Source of the DNA: Gordius albopunctatus
Lineage: Eukaryota
Assembly (NCBI GenBank): GCA_964276515.1
Contig: OZ193909.1
Span: 14,508,001-14,572,000 of the forward strand
DNA: 64,000 bases
Direction: 5' to 3'
Part shown: positions 24,066 through 40,089 of the stretch, piece by piece
Position numbering within the stretch: position 1 is the stretch's first letter
Layout: every line of letters begins with the position of its first letter
The notes under the pieces: generated by a model
Told to the model about the DNA's origin: nothing
Seen by the model: only the letters and a program-made list of their open reading frames with translations
Database searches by the model: none
Program-made: the position numbers and the translations under genes

Positions 24066-25863
24066 GTTTGTGCGACCAGTGGGTGTGGTTTTTGATTATT
24101 GGTTATGAAGTGGCTCATGATGATTATCGCTGCGTCAATTTTTCTAAGGAACTTGGCGTTGATAGAAAGTTAATGCTGGGCTAGGTTGAGAGCATTCGTT
24201 GTGGTGTGGTTTCAGATTTCTGGGTATTAATAGATAGATTCCATTTGTTTGCTAGTTTTAGGAAATTCCTCGTGTTTTGTTGTACCAGGGCAGCTATCTT
24301 GCCATATATTAGGATGTCATCCAGATATACATTGTATCGACAGGTAGGGATGGATTTAATGCACAAGTCCAACATAATTTGTTGCAGTACAAATGGGGAA
24401 AAAGATGCTCCCATAGGCAGCACCCTGTATGAGTATTTCGTTCGTCCTGATTTAAAACCGAACAGGTCTGAAATTGATGGGTCTAATTGGATATCGAAGA
24501 AAGCGCTCTTCATGTCAATCTTTCATGCGTAGTTGGCCTCCGCTAAAGGTTTAGCAATTAATGGGATAGATTTTAGCAAAAAGGGGTATGACGCGAAGTT
24601 TTTTGAAATGATGGATAGGTCTGCGATCATTCTGGGGGACCCATCAGATTTGGGTATAAAATACATGGGGGATGCGATCGCGAGACGATTCCTTCGTACA
24701 ATGTAGGTATCGATGATTTGGAGTACTAGGTGCCGATGGACTCTAGGAATAGGTCGAACGTACCGGGGGACAAGGTACTGCCAGTTGTTGTTCGCAAGGG
24801 TCCTACTATTGAACCGAGGTTCAAAGCCCCGTCTAGCAACATTATAAGTAAACTTGGATTGTGTATGATGTGGCCTGAGCAATGTGGTATTGAGGTCCAA
24901 TGGTGATAAAAATGGAGTCTTGTTTCCATTGCTTATGTCCCGAAAGGCCGGGAAATTGGGGATGTTAGAAGGTTCATGGATGGTGGGGATCGATTCACTA
25001 TCGAGTCCGATATCATGTAGGGGGGTATTAATATATTCCGCCATATCTGGGTGGGTCGGTAGCGGCGTGAAAGGGGTCTTTAGTGGAGGGGCCCCTTCGT
25101 CCGGACCATCATCGAGTGAAACAGAATTGATAGCGATGCTCCGGGCTATACGAATGTGATTGTCTAGCCATATTGGAGCAGTCCGTCCCCAAAAATGCTC
25201 GGCGGATTATCACCACAGCCGAGGGCCGCCCCTGCCGCCCTTACGTCTTTCTGTTGAAAGGCGCCTTCCTTGGCATAGGCTTTTCATAGTTCGGCCGAAA
25301 AGAGCTAATCTGTTCACTCATCTGTCGGAACCCATTTTTCACAGCCCAGTCTTTGGTACGTCCGGTGACTACCTGCCATCCGTAATATGTTGCCATTGCG
25401 ATGGTTTTAACCCGTTCGGCGAACACTTCGGTAGCTTTGACCTGATCATTCCATACTTCACCTAATTCCAGAAGGAAATCGATTTCATGTTTTGGATATA
25501 AGGGTACTGCTTTGTTCTTTTTATCAGCCTCCTTCAAACCTTTAAGTCGTTGCTTTAGTAGTTCAGGTCCTATTTGTTCCACGCCGAGACTCTTTTCTTA
25601 ACCTCACGGGCTATCATTTGGTTTAGCTCTTCAGGAGTGAAGGACATCGTGTGGGGTTAATACTTGTGGAGATTATCCGGTTTTGTCGAGGCGGGTGTAA
25701 ATTAACCTTTATTTTTGTCTTTAGCGTTGTTTTACGTGTCGTAACGCCCAACTTACCCATAATTTTCATTTATTATATTTCCGCGTTTATAATTACGTTT
25801 CTAAAATAAAATAAAGTGGAGATGGCGAAATATTTTGCGTAACCATCCCCAGGGAGGACCTCT
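24066..25863 (-). mobile_element. Lineage C RT element, copy 2 (decayed)
   Basis: Near-identical to 1613-3410. Confidence 0.85.
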
Positions 25864-26897
25864 TTATTTTGCTCTCACTTTTTTAATTAAATCCAAAACA
25901 TGTGGATCTAGTAACATTTTTGAGATCCAATGTTTGTAGAGGTTGAGAAACCTGAGCATTATCAATAGATCGGATATATTTTAAAATTAGCTTACTAGTA
26001 ACATTGTTGATGTCCAAAAAAATATTCATAGACATTCATAGACATTTTGTCAGTTAAATTTTTGTCGAATGAACGGTTACCAAATAGACTGCTCATTGAG
26101 CATGCATACATATGAAAATGTGACCCCTGTTTTACCACCATATTGAACTTATGCAGGTAAGTTTACATTTTATTCTTTGATATGTTATAAATTTGATAGA
26201 TGGAGTCATTAATGCAAAATGTTACCTTAGAAAATGACATATGTAGTGACATCAACATACGTAACGTCAATCAAGTACGATGTCAATTCCGAGAAATAAG
26301 TTAATCACAGATTTGAATTTATTTTCCTAGAAGATCGCACGCTATGACGTCGATTGACAGATCTTCCTTGAAACTTATCGGTATATTTAGATCTTCTCAG
26401 AAGATCATAGATATATTTAAGTCTTCCCAGAAAATAATCGATCTTCATGGAAACTCATCGATTAATTTAGATCTTCCAAGAATATTATCGATTTTCCAAT
26501 AATAATGATTATGTATTTTATAATAACTATATAAACTCAATTTTTACGCAAATATAACCAGTCGAATAATTCTAACAAGATGAATTGTATTCTTTTTCCA
26601 AAATTATCCTCGTATAAGAGAGGAAAAGATAACAACGAGTTATAAAACTTACATGGGAAAGCCGCCTTTTTTACATGTTTTCTTCAAAAAAAATAACCAT
26701 TTTGTTAAGGAATTTTCAAATGAAATAAACAAAAAGGTTTTCACCACGTTATACAAGCAAGAAACGTATTCTATCAAAAGACATTTTTTTCTTTCCAATG
26801 ATATTCTAATAAATGTGAGATTATTTTTTATTTGATATTTAAGTTATCCCCACAAAGATATTTTTACTTCAATCATAGAAATAGACTATGTTGATTT

Positions 26898-29800
26898 TAG
26901 TGTTTGGATCTCGTCTCGGGAGCGATTATAAAAATCTCGATCTCGTCTCGACGAGAATTCTCGCCTCGTCTCGACTTTTAAAAACAAATATATACTGAAA
27001 ATATTTAAAATATTTAAAAAATGTTTAAAATACAAATGACAATTTTTTTTATATTTTTTAAGAAACTTTAATACACAAACTTTTCAAAGATTTAGCGGGA
27101 CACGACATCTCATTGACAATATAAAGATATAAATTAATTCATAAAGATAACATTTTCTATGGAAAGTGCAGAATAAAAGACTATAAATAAATTTGAAGTA
27201 TATAAAATTAAATGTGAATGTTCTAGCAAATTATAACATTTGTATCAAATTCACTTTTTTGTCAACTATAAATAGACTTAATAATACGTTTGCTTATAGT
27301 TGACTTAGTTGCATAATTGAGCAAATTGAGACCCTTTGTTAACCCTGGGTAAAGCTTCTTAATCGACTAAGTCTATTGTTATCATCATCAATTATATGCC
27401 ATAGTGTTTATTGCATGTTTACTATAGCGTTATAAACCATAGAGTGCGAGTGACTTTTAATGATAATATTATTATTTACAGAATTGATAACTAGATGCAC
27501 ATATCAAAACGTTGTAAAAACAACAATAAAAGCAGCATTATTATAGGATTAAGATAAGGTTTTAAACTGTAAATTGCACGTATTTAAATTTATGACAGAA
27601 ATCATTATAATCAAATTTATATTCCAAATAATTACCTTCCAATTCCAACTAACTTTGCCATTAAATATTTATTGATCGAATACAGTATAGGTTCGTGTAT
27701 TTATTTTATATTTCACAATTATGGAAATATAATAAATGCACCTGCCAACCCAGCGTATAATGTGAAGAGTAATGCATATGACAAAACTATGTATTCACAT
27801 AATGTCTTATTAAAATTCAAAAATTTGGGAGGTATACTATTAGTTGAAGCATAAAAACTTTAAAAAAATCCATGATTTAGATTTAATATATTAGGTATCA
27901 TTAAATACTCTATTGAACTTTTGAAATCGTTAGGCGGATGCTAAAAAATCTAGACCTACTTATTCAAACTGATTCACTACCAATTTATAATTAACGCATT
28001 ATGCAGGATGAGTAACTGGAAAATATAAATATGCTTTAGTAATGTTTACTAGTCCATCAGAACTCATTCTAAGCCTAAAATTTGTTTAATATTTAATAGT
28101 GCTATGGATACAAATAGGTGATAAAGATATTATAAAATTATTAACATACCCTATGGATCAACCTTACTTAGGTAAATGATTGCCGAATTTTAAATTTTTT
28201 GCAAAATATATGATATTTACTACACTTAGTAATTTTTTAAGGATGTTATATAAATGCACAGTAAGAAATTAAAAAATGCGCAGTAAAATATGCACAGTAA
28301 TATATTTAAGTGCGCAGTAAATTATTAAAAATTGCACAGTTAATTAATAATAAATTGCTCAATAATTAAACAAAATTGCACAGTTAATTAACAATAAATT
28401 GCTCAGTAATTTAATAAAATTGCTCAATAATTTAGTAAAATTGCTCAGTAATTATATAGCCTTGCAGAGTAATTTTATAATATTTCTCAGTAATTTTGTA
28501 GCATTGAGCATTGCTCAGTAATTTAATAACATAGCTTATTGCTTAATACTTTGAATTGATAAGTAATTTTTGAGCATTGCTCAGTAATTTAATAACATTA
28601 CTCAGTACCTCAATAATTTAATAAAATTGCTTAATGATTTGAATTGATAAGTCGTTTTTGAGCATTGCTCAGTAATCAGAACACAAGTTAGTTTTCAATA
28701 GAATGAATTGGTTGAAAAAATATATTATTTTAAAAAATGCCTAATAATCTTTACAAATTGTTCAATAATATTTAGATGCTAAATTAAAAAAATATTCAGT
28801 TTATAATTCAATAACTAATAATTAAATTATCATTGATTTTATGTTTTTATATAAAAAATTTAGTTTGTTGATAAAATTGAGCACTTATTTATTTTAGCTA
28901 AAATAAATAGTTTGGAGGCTTGATAATATACATTGCCCTTCCTCTTAATGTTACTATGCATATGTCATAAATTTAAATCGAATAAATTTTTGAAATTTTT
29001 ATTAGAGTATAAACATAAATAGTTTCAAATACAAATGCATAATGAACATATTTTGCTGACAATATAAACATAAATAATTTTAAATAGATATACATAGTGA
29101 ACACATTTTGCTGGAGCAACCTTTAATTCAAGCCTAAAATTTGTTATAGTCAAGCACATCATTTAAACTTATGAACTTACCATTATTGAACAATGAAGGC
29201 TGATTTGGCTTTTGAGGGTCTGCCCCTTTTTCTTTTTTGCCCTAAAGGCACAAACTTATCTTCTTTAGGTGTTATGCAAAGTTTTAATTTAATTGCCAAA
29301 CCCACTATATGTTTGCAAATGTAGTATTTGAAAAACACTGGACAATTACATTTACTCTCAAACCATTTTGTGGAATCATCGGGTAATTGACAGAGCCATA
29401 GCTTAAAATTCCGCGTCTTGAATTCATCAAATGTTTTGAAGTTTAGATTTTTGACATTGCTAATATCTTTTTCATTTATAATCCCGGTACCTGATGGCAC
29501 ACAATATTCGGTAAAATCAAGTTGTTTTTTTGATAGGCAGTGGCCATTTAAATTAGCAAATTGGTAGCTCTGAGTCCATAGCTTTAAATTGATAGCTGGT
29601 GATTTAATGAATTTTTTTGAATGTTTATACTCGCATGACCATGTTTGGATCATGTCAATTGCTACCACTTTGAACCTATTGATTGACATCCATTCCCTCA
29701 ACCTAAATTCATCTTTTATTAAATGATTAGATGATTCCAGGGCATTATTGGTACTAAGGGTATAATGGCTATATCCTTCATGCCATGTATCATTTTTATA

Positions 29801-30570
29801 AACCCATTCTTTATAAAAATATTCGCAAAACTTTGAGGCTTTAGATGACCATTTTTCCAAGAATAAATTGGAGGCTTTTTCAAAGACCTTAGTGCTTTGA
29901 GACAATTGTATTGTATTCATATCCTCTAAAATTTCTTTATGGTATAATTTATCAGCTAGTATAACATAATCATAAAATATATACAATAATATATTTACCT
30001 TTTTTTCTATATTTCTACGGACGTGAGCCCAACAAATGACAATTGTGTCTTTTCCAATGACAGATTTAAATGCATTATGTATGGAAATTGCCCCATCTGT
30101 AATTAATACATCCCACTTGGGAGTTGTATTATTAATAAATTTAAATCCATTGATAAAGTGTTAAATAAAAAAATATATTCTTTTTCTTTTTCATTAACAC
30201 ATAGAGACTTTCCCATAATATGGAAATGCCTATCATAGTCAGTTGTTCCAATTATTAATAATGGATAACACTGCCAGGTTATTTTGTATGTTGCATCGGC
30301 ATGCAATATATCTGAAAACTGACTGTTTAATAAAAGCCTAAAACTAACAGATTATAAATAACTAAATACCTTTTTGTTGACATGGAAAATTTGAAATTGG
30401 AATCTTCGTATGACACCATGTAAGATACAATATAGAATTCATCATCATCAAAGGGTATTTGAGAATGAGCAATCAGCCACTGCTCCATTTTTCAAATTTT
30501 CGTCTCCTCTCGGTTTTTCGAGACGAGACGAGAGGAGACCGAGATTTTTCTCGGTTTTTCCGCATCACTT
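26898..30570. mobile_element. hAT-type composite element, copy 2
   Basis: TSD GTTGATTT at 26890-26897 and 30571-30578. Confidence 0.7.
29183..30306 (-). pseudogene. MULE transposase copy 2 (frameshifted)
   Basis: Split into ORFs 29183-29986 and 30103-30306; same motifs as 6737-7861. Confidence 0.85.
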
Positions 30571-30773
30571 GTTGATTTAAACACAAATTTATATTTATGG
30601 TGTGTCTCTAATTAAACACTATTTATATGATTGAATAATTAAATGCTAAATTTAATATGGAAAAATAATTCTTTAATATTCTATTCCTTCTTGCATAACT
30701 TTGCACTTTTTCATTGCACAAGTACCCTTATTGAAACTTACCCAATATGGCCTAAGATATTTAATTTTTTTTC

Positions 30774-33202
30774 CTATAGCTGTTTATCACATTTAGTGGT
30801 CAGCTCCTTCAAGGAGGTTCTCCATGTATTTCTGCACTTACACCAGCTTCGCTTAAGCTCGTACATTTTTAAGTCCTTATCAATTTTATGCTTCCATGTC
30901 ACTTTAGGTCTCCCTCTCTTTCGCTTATCTTCGACTTGCACTTTCTTGATACGATTCGCCAAGTGACTTTCCTCCCGCCAGTCCAAATGGCCATACCATC
31001 TCAATCTTCTTACCACCAACTTTCTCTGAATCTGAACTACATTTAGTTTGTCCCTTATGTCTTGATTCCTTATATGGTCCTTTTTGCTTATTCCCAAGAT
31101 CCATCTCAACATTCGCATTTTTATTGTAGCCAAGCTTTGCTCCTCTTTTGCCTTAATTGCCCAGTTTTCCGCTCCATACAATACCGTGGGTACAATGACG
31201 GTGTTATATAACCGTCCTTTTGATTTGAGTGGTAACTTCCTGAATTTTAGCCAGCCTGCGTTTATTCTTGCCTTAATTTTGTTTTCCACACCCCTATCAC
31301 ATTGTACCCTAAAACTTTATATTCATTCCCCGACTCCAAGGATACATATTCAGTTTTATCTCGGTTGACCCTAAGGCCTTTGTTTTCGATTCGTTCCATC
31401 CACACTTTTACCTGCTCTGCTAATTCCACGTTTGAGCCTGCGCACAGGATGATATCATGCAAGGTGATTCGCGTTTCAGATCCTTCGTTATCGAATCCAT
31501 TATTGTTATGAAGAGCAATGGACTTAGGGCCGATTCTTAATGCACACCGACATTTAGACTGAATCCTTTTGATGTACCACTAGATGTCCGTACTTTGGTT
31601 TTTGCGTTATAAACATATCATTTATTAACATTATATAAGCCTCGGGTACACCATTGGAACTCAGGCTATCCCATATCAACTGCCTTGGCACTTTATCGAA
31701 AGCTTTCTCAAGATCGATGAAACAAATATAAAGATCCTTTTTGTTTTTTCTTATATACTTCCATAAGTCTCCTAAAACCATGTATTGCATCTGAAGTCGA
31801 CTTTCCTGGCATGAACCCAAATTGTCGTTCATCTATTGATATTATTTTTCGGAGTCTATCTTCTATAAGCTTTTCCCACACCTTCATTACGTGACTCGTT
31901 AAATTTATCCCTCGATAGTTGTTGCATTGTTGTACATCTCCCTTCAATTTATAAATAGGTATAAAATAGCTTTCCCTCCACTCATCAGCCATCATACCAC
32001 TTGCAAGTATTTTTTTAAACAGCCTTGCAAGTAGATGTACACCTAAGGGTCCTAGCATTTTGAAAGCTTCCATAGGTCTATTATCAGGTCCCAACGCTCT
32101 ACCCATGGTCATCTTTTTAAGCACCTGATCAACCTCTTCTTATGTCACTTCTAACTCTGGGTCATATTCATAGTTCATGCTATCGCACTTGTCCGAAAAC
32201 CCATTTTCACTGTTTAATAATTCTTTATAGTATTTTTCCCAACCATCTATGATTTGATGGTCCAGAGATAGAGTGATGCTATCTTTGCTCTTTATGGTTT
32301 TCACGTTTACCACATCCTTTGAATTCCTTTCTCGGGTCTTTGCGATTTTGTAGATCATTCTTTCTCCTTCTTTACTGGTTAACTTGGCATTTAAATTCTC
32401 GTAGACCTCTATTTTACCCCTTAGCTACACAACGCTTTGCCTCATTTATAGCTTTCACATATGCCAAGCCAATCGTGTTTCCTCATTTCTGTCGCATGAC
32501 CATAATTTGTAAAGGTTTATTTTCCACTTGACCAGGCGTTGCACGTCTTCGTTCCACCACCATGTCTCCTTATCTTTTTGTATACCTGGTTTACCTTCTC
32601 GTAGAACATATCTCGCTACTCATCTTACCGTGTTAGCTATTTTATTCCACATATCGCTAGCATTCTGCTGATCATCTATTTGCAGCCGTTCAACTATTTG
32701 ATCATTGTAAATATCTTTCAATTTTGGTAGCTAGAACCATTTGATTTTCCCATTTAATCTCTTCGGCTATTGTGTTTCACCTTGGAGATGGTATAGTCCA
32801 TCACAAAAAATCTATGCTGGACTGCAATAGCCTCACCTGGTATCACCTTATAATCTCCTACATTCTTTCATTCCTTTCTTGATATTAGGAGAAAGTCAAT
32901 CTGCGAAGATCGATTTCCACTTTTGTACGTTATTAGGTGATTTATATTGTTTTTGAAGAAGTTATTTGTGATGGCCAAATCAAATGCAACTGCTATTTTC
33001 AATATTTCGTCACCTTCATCGTTTCTCGCTCCGAAGCCATTTCCACCATGGTACCGTTCAAATCCTTCTCTTGTTTTGCCTACGTGACCATTCATATCTG
33101 CTCCAATTATAACTATCTCGGCTCTGGGTATCATTCGCAGCATTTTGTCTAATTCTCCCCGAAATTCCTCATTTTTTTTATCTGTGCATTCTGTTTGCAG
33201 AG
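30774..33202 (-). mobile_element. RTE LINE copy 2 (degenerate)
   Basis: Same ORF fragments as unit 1; retains IISIDERQFGF where unit 1 has a short deletion. Confidence 0.9.
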
Positions 33203-34880
33203 TGTCATATATGACACATATTAATTCTTTGAAGACGAGCAACGAGAGGCGCGGCATATGTGGAGTCGTGAAAGACGAGCAACCAGAGGCGCAGGGTAAT
33301 TACCAGGTGCGGGACGATAGCAAGCGAGAGACAAAAGGAAATCTAAGAAGAGTAACATGAAGGACGCAAAGGAGAATAACAACTGGCGCGGGACACACAA
33401 AGAGAGTATTATCAGAGGCAATAATAACTGGTGGAGGGAATAACAACTGGTGCAAGACCCGAGAAGAAAAGATTAGTATCCGGAAAAAAGGGACATCGGC
33501 GAATATACATAAAAACGAATCAATAAATTTTCCTAAAAGATAAACCGTTTTTGGCATAATTTTGTACTTGGAATAAAATATTTATCGGACATACGAATTA
33601 TTCTCGGACCTAATATTGGACGTACGATTTATTCGTGGACATAATATTCTCGGACCTAATATTGGACTTACGAGTTATTTGCGGACATAATATCGGCGCC
33701 CAACGTGAAAAAACCATTATTCGGGAAATCATAAACTGGGAAAAAAGTAAAGTGCGATACGAAGTCGGATACAGATAGGTAAGTTTATGATAAAAATTTT
33801 GGGGTATTTAATAATAATAATTTGTATATTCTTAAATTGGGCGGAAATTAAGAGGAAATTGTGTAGGATTGTGTTAAGCATCATTATTAGATTTCTAATC
33901 AACAATGTATATTAAACGAGAAATGTATGGGAGTATTATGTATATGTAATTGTTTTTTGTGTAGGTTTTCTATTAAATGTTTGCATGTCATGTATTATGG
34001 CTGCTTTAAAAAAATGTGAGGCCTGTGAGGGGCGGAAGCTGAGTATTAGCAATAATGTAAAGTGTTACAAATGCGGAGAGTTAGGCCATGGAATGAGGTC
34101 ATGTCCGAGAGATAACCAGGGCCTTATATGTTTTATCTGTCGAGGGGAGGGGCACAGGTCGAGAGAGTGCCCTAGGCGAGTGGTGAAATGACTAATAGGG
34201 TGTAGAACTGTGTTTTGGCATGCTTTTAATTGTATTTTGTATATAAAAATATTTAATTTTGTTCTTGTTATGATTGTAAAAAGGATATATCTTTATATTT
34301 CATATATGTTTTACATATTACGTTGGATAAGGCAAAAGTATTTAGACCTAATTAGCTTAGAATTAAAATTGTATCGTTGTGTAGGGAGAGGCAGCTATAA
34401 ATTTTAGCGAAGGACGGTAATGGCGAGGTGTGTGTTTAAAATGGGGTTGGGATGGATGAGAAGGGAATGGGGAAAAAGATTAGTAAGAACATATAACTAT
34501 GTAAAAGTTGGGGCATTTGCGAATAAACAACCGTGTATCAAGGTCAAGTTGAATGGGGAAACACATCTAATGTTGGTAGATACCGGGTCCGCAATTACGA
34601 TTATAAATAAAGAGGCATGGGTTACTTTAGGCAAGCCGAAATTAGACATGAAGTGTACGGTTAACGTCCGCTTGTTAACGGGGCAAGAATGGAAAGTCTT
34701 AGGTAAATGCATGGTAACAGTTAGGCACGATAAGAATATAAAAAGGGCAGAGGTGTATGTCATGGACTGGAAAGCCATTAATATCGTGGGGTGGGAATGG
34801 ATTGATGCATGTTCGAAGTAGTAGAGTAGATAAACAACAACACAAACAACAACACACACTTAATTCCTAGTGTTGAAGAA
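33203..34880 (+). mobile_element. LTR + PBS + Gag knuckles + protease remnant, copy 2
   Basis: Duplicate of 10739-12380; ORFs 33985-34191 and 34420-34821. Confidence 0.75.
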
Positions 34881-35239
34881 AAGGGAGGGCGCCCTCAAGT
34901 CTGGTGTAATTTGTCAATGTAAAAGATAGGGATAATCAATTTTGTATATAATTTAAAAAGTAAATGTGCTAGGATAAAGAAAAATTGTGAATACATTCCT
35001 CTCCCATATATCTACGAATTAAATCTATAAAAAAATTTTTACGAATTAATTTGCAAGTTATTGACGTTTGAAAAACGCTATAATCGCGTTTTTGGCGACT
35101 TTGACAGCGAATATTTAAAAAACTTGACGTATAGGGATAAAACTAAAAACATATTTGTCTTCACAGTAAAAAACTCTACCAGAATCTGCAAATAGTTTGC
35201 AGGTTAATTTCACAAGTCCATTATTTGTTGACCATTAGT

Positions 35240-37470
35240 GACTTTACTTAAATCTTTATTAGAACCAAAAATTCGTTCTAAAGGATGATGATGTGTGACT
35301 AATGTAAATTTCCTCCCAAAAATATATTCGTGAAATTTCTGTATGGCGAACATTATAGCAGCGGCTTCGCGGTCAATTACAGAATAATTCCGTTCTGCTG
35401 GACTTAGAGTACGAGAGGCAAAAACTATCGGTGTTTCTTGACCACTAATGAATTTATGTGCAATTACAGCTCCTAAACCTTTGTCTGATGCGTCGAATGA
35501 AATTATAATGGGTAAATTAATTTGATAAAGTTATTGTTTTATCCGTTGAAATTAAGTTTTTTTATTTCGTTAAAGGCCTGTGTTCCTATCATACCCCAAA
35601 TCCATTTCACTTTTGTAGATGTTAATTTTTATAAAATGGAACTTTTGGATTGTAATTGCGGAATATAACTTCCAATGTAATTAACTAAGCCTAGGAATCA
35701 TCTCAATTCTTTACGATTAATTGGTACTTTGAAATTTTTAATTGCCTCAACCTTGTCTTTATTAGGATGAATACCATTTTCATCTATAGTATGACCCAAT
35801 TAATGATTTTTTGAACAATTGTAGTTTATAGAGTGCTGTCGTTAATCCTGCATTTTTGATTAATTTTAATGTTTCTATTAGATTTTTATCATGTTCCTTG
35901 TTGTTTTTCCCGCTTATTATGACATCTTCCATAAAAACGCTTACGCCTTTTAAACCTTTGAACAAGTTTTTCATATAACGATGAAATATTTTAGGCGCCG
36001 TAGTTAACCCAAAAGGTAACCGGAAATATTCAAAATACCCAATATGAGTAGATATGTTAAACAATTTAGAACTCTCCTCAGAAATTGCTAATTGTAGGAA
36101 AGCATCTTTTAAATCAATGATAGAGAATAATTTACCGCCTGCTCTTTCACTTGCAACATCTTTGAACGTTGGTAGAAGATCGTTGTCTTATGATAGGAAT
36201 TTGTTTAAAGTCAATCAGAAATCCCCACATATTCTGACGTCACCAGATTTCTTCCTAATGTTTACAGCAGGCGGCGGTCGGGTCGATCTTTCTAATAACC
36301 ACTTCACCTTTTAAACGTTTCAACTCTGTTTTGACAGCATGACGTAGCGGAAATGGTACGCGTCTTGCGGTAAAACTTATCGGACTTCTGTTTTTCTACC
36401 TCAATAACAACTTTAAGATCTTTTACTTTACCCAATTTTTGACTAAAAACAGTTGGAAATTGTTTGAAAATATCTTCTTCAGTTAAAAAATTTTTCTCAT
36501 CGGAAATAACGTTCAATTTAATGATTGATGGAAGTGATATAAAATTTTATGATGTGAGGTATAGCAAAAATCAAATTTCTTTCTCCAAAGTTTGTATTTT
36601 TGTTTTGCCATAACCGTAAATATTTGAACTTGGCGATAATGGTGGCTTCCCGTTGCTAAGCCACATCGGTTCATCAATGACTGTGCAGGCTGCACCAGTG
36701 TCGAATTGAAAAGTGAACGGTCACTGATTGATTAAAACGTCGATCTCAGCTTTCGTTACCGCCTCATCGTATTTCAGGTCAGATATAGTTCTTGACGGCG
36801 GATTTGACCAGAAATCGCGAGCCACGTGGTTTGGTCTATCGCACCTATAACATACTATTTTCTTGTTGTTCCTAAAGATTCTAAGATTAGGATCATTTCT
36901 TGGAAAAGTATTATAGTTATTAGTCAAATTCCTAGTTGGATATTTCCCGATGTAATTTATTTATGTCCAAATCGTTAGACTTTTCGCCTTCAATTGATGA
37001 AAGAGCAAGAGCCAAAGTTTTTCTCTTCGTCCAATGTCATTTTGCCCATGGGACATTTAGTCCTTAATTCAACCTATCTAGGTAATTTTACTCCTAGGAT
37101 ATAAATATCTCTTTAAATTTTATCAGTGGGTAATTTATATTGGCAGCGATTGATAATATTTTTTAGCTTAATTGAATAATCAATTATATTTTCATTAATT
37201 CTCTCTGATCGAAATAACATTATCCTTGTAATAATTAATCGAATCTTTATCAGAATATATCCGTATTAAAGATTCCTTACCCTCCTCGTAAGTTACACTA
37301 TCAACATCCTTCGGATAAATATGACTTTTTATTTTACTTAGAAATAAAACAATTTTCCTCAAATCTCCGTTAATATTTCTAATACGAAAGTTTAATTCCA
37401 AATATTATTATAAATAATCATCAATATTTTTAGTTGAATCATATGGTGTAATATCTCTAGCCCTATCAAG
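35240..37470 (-). mobile_element. Degenerate Ty3/gypsy element (gag, protease, RT, RNase H)
   Basis: CYRCDRPNHVARD knuckle, FDTGA protease, YFRLPFGLTTAPKIF RT, RNase H; longer than the unit 1 copy. Confidence 0.85.
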
Positions 37471-40089
37471 AGAATTCAGTCATATATACTAGGTTTCCCA
37501 AAATTTGCAAGAACAAATTAAGATGGAATGAAAGATATGCCATATTATTAGTAAAAGGTAAAAGTGTTTGGTAAGTTTTAAAACCTGATAACTTTGAACT
37601 GTCAAAATGAACTGCGTTAGCTTTTTTATGTTAACAGTTTGTTATTAACAATTCTTAATTTTATATAATTTATAATTGTAAACAATACGCCGATAAAAAG
37701 TATCTTATGTTTATATGCCCATTTTGTCATTAAAGTACATGAGCGTAGCCAGGAAGATGGCAGAAGGGGCGAGAATGCCTATGGGGGGGGGGGTAATGGT
37801 TAAGCAGGGAGTCAGATAATACTCGTACAACGTTATAGTTTATTTTAAATATACTATTTGAATATTAATAATTTAAGTATTAATAAATGTTTTATAGCAA
37901 TTTTTACAAAAATTTAGCCTTTTTAATATTTGTATTGAAAAAACTAAGTCATCTGTTTGCATTTTACACTTGATTTTGAGGAATAGGCGAAATGGCGAAT
38001 GGAACGCAAATAAAGAGTATGACCTTGAAAAAACCAATAGTCATCCTTCCAAAACGTACAACTTTTAATTAAGAGTTTATTTGATACTCTATAAATTTAA
38101 ACAATTTGGTGTAAGGGACATAATTTAAATTATGAATATAGACTCTATTCAAAATCATACGCGTATGTACAGTATAAAAAACAACAAAGGAAAAATGAAA
38201 TAGTAACATTTTATCTAATCTAGCGAGTAAATGAATGGATTATGGTGCGAATTTTAGTTACGACAGTGAAATGAAGGTAAAAAATTTGCACTATATTCAG
38301 GGTTAGGTTGGTGGATAGCGGTTTTATTATCAAAAAGGGACGGGGCAAACCAATCTGGGAAACGATAAATATAAAGAACCTTTTAAGGGGTGTGGGGTGC
38401 GGTGAGACGTCGGAAAGAAATTATATAAGGTCAAAAAATAGAATAAAAAATTTCGATATACACTTTGGCCAGTGATTTTTTCCATTGGTCAGCAGGTCAA
38501 AAAGCGTGTAAATACATAAGGATCAATTATTAACAAAACTGAAAAAATTTCCAATTCTTGGCTTCTGTTACGTTTGTTGTTTGGTTTGGGGCTATATTTC
38601 CAAAGGGTTTTAGCTGCTAGCTCGAGTCTTTAGTCGTAAAGGCTCGTTCTTGTGATTAGGTTTGCGGGATTTATTAGTCTGCTGTTAGGTTGACAATAGG
38701 CTTACTCAAGGATTTATTTCATTTATATCTGAATTGACAATAAGCACATTCAAGAATTTTTTTGGTGTTATATCAGTCGACAATAGGCAAATTCTAGGAT
38801 TTTATTCAATCTTTATAGTCAATATATGTCACGAAATGTTTCAGCGGGAAAAGTCTTTCCGGTAATTCAAGGTGCTTGAGTGGCGGTTCAAAAGGTTATA
38901 GGGGATACAGTGATACAGCTCCACGGATAAAAGTTTTGGGGTAATCAGATTATTAAGACGGCGCGGGAAAAATAGCAAGGAAAAATAATTAATGAATTTT
39001 AACGGGATACATGGGTTTTTTAATGACAGGGTTCCTTAACCTCCTGAGGTCGTTGCTCTATTTGCTTATTTTCTATTATCCCTACCTATCCTAAAAAGGA
39101 ATAGCTATTAAATTAACCCCGGCCTTATTTTCAACTCATCCAAACTTACTTCCTAGCCCATTAATCTTAATGTTAATAAACTTACGCATTCCCATCTTAC
39201 ATACCGCTATACTAAACTATTCATCCAACTTATTTTCAAGTACGTTGATCTTAATGGTCAACACAAGTGGAAAATTTCCAACCTTAACTTAGCCCATTAA
39301 TCTTAATAGTTACCCCAACTAGAACATTCCCATCTTTTAATCTTGACAGCTACCCCACCTAGAACATTCCCCTCTTTAAATACATTGGTAATAAATAATT
39401 AAAGGATGCCTTATTCAATCCTTTGTATACGAACATTCCCAACTTTTAATACACCTGTGATAACTTATTAGGGTGGGCCCCCTTAACTCCTGAGGATACA
39501 ACAGGCCAGTGCTTATTTCTTCCATTGATCAGCAGACGGCCAAATAGATAGCCTATACTTATAATATAGAAAAAAAATCGATTTTAATCTCACTTTGGCC
39601 AGTGGTCATATTTTCAAATGGTCAACAGACGGCTAAATAGCTAGCCAATATAACATGATTTATGATTAGTGTAAAAATAGTTTACCATGTTTTTAATATA
39701 ACGCTTTTATGAGTATTAAACAAAAAAATGAAATATGTTTAAAATATTTTTATCCTAGCTGATTTATGCTCAATATATATTCGTTAATATTAAATTGAAT
39801 CCTGTTTCCATGCTAAGAGGTTTTATAGTGATTAATATTATGTTACCTGAACATGTTTTAACCAGCCTCTTAGTTATTGCTGGAGTAGTTGAAGTTCCCA
39901 AAATCTTTTGTTCGTTAAATAATTGTATAATGAATTATAACTATTTATTAATGATAAAACAACTAAGACATAATTTTACATAAGTACAATGATGGGGTTT
40001 TATTACATTTTGATCAAAAATTATTAATAAAATAAATGAAGAAAGGCATATGTTAAAAAATCGTATATTGTAAATATCCCAAATTGAAA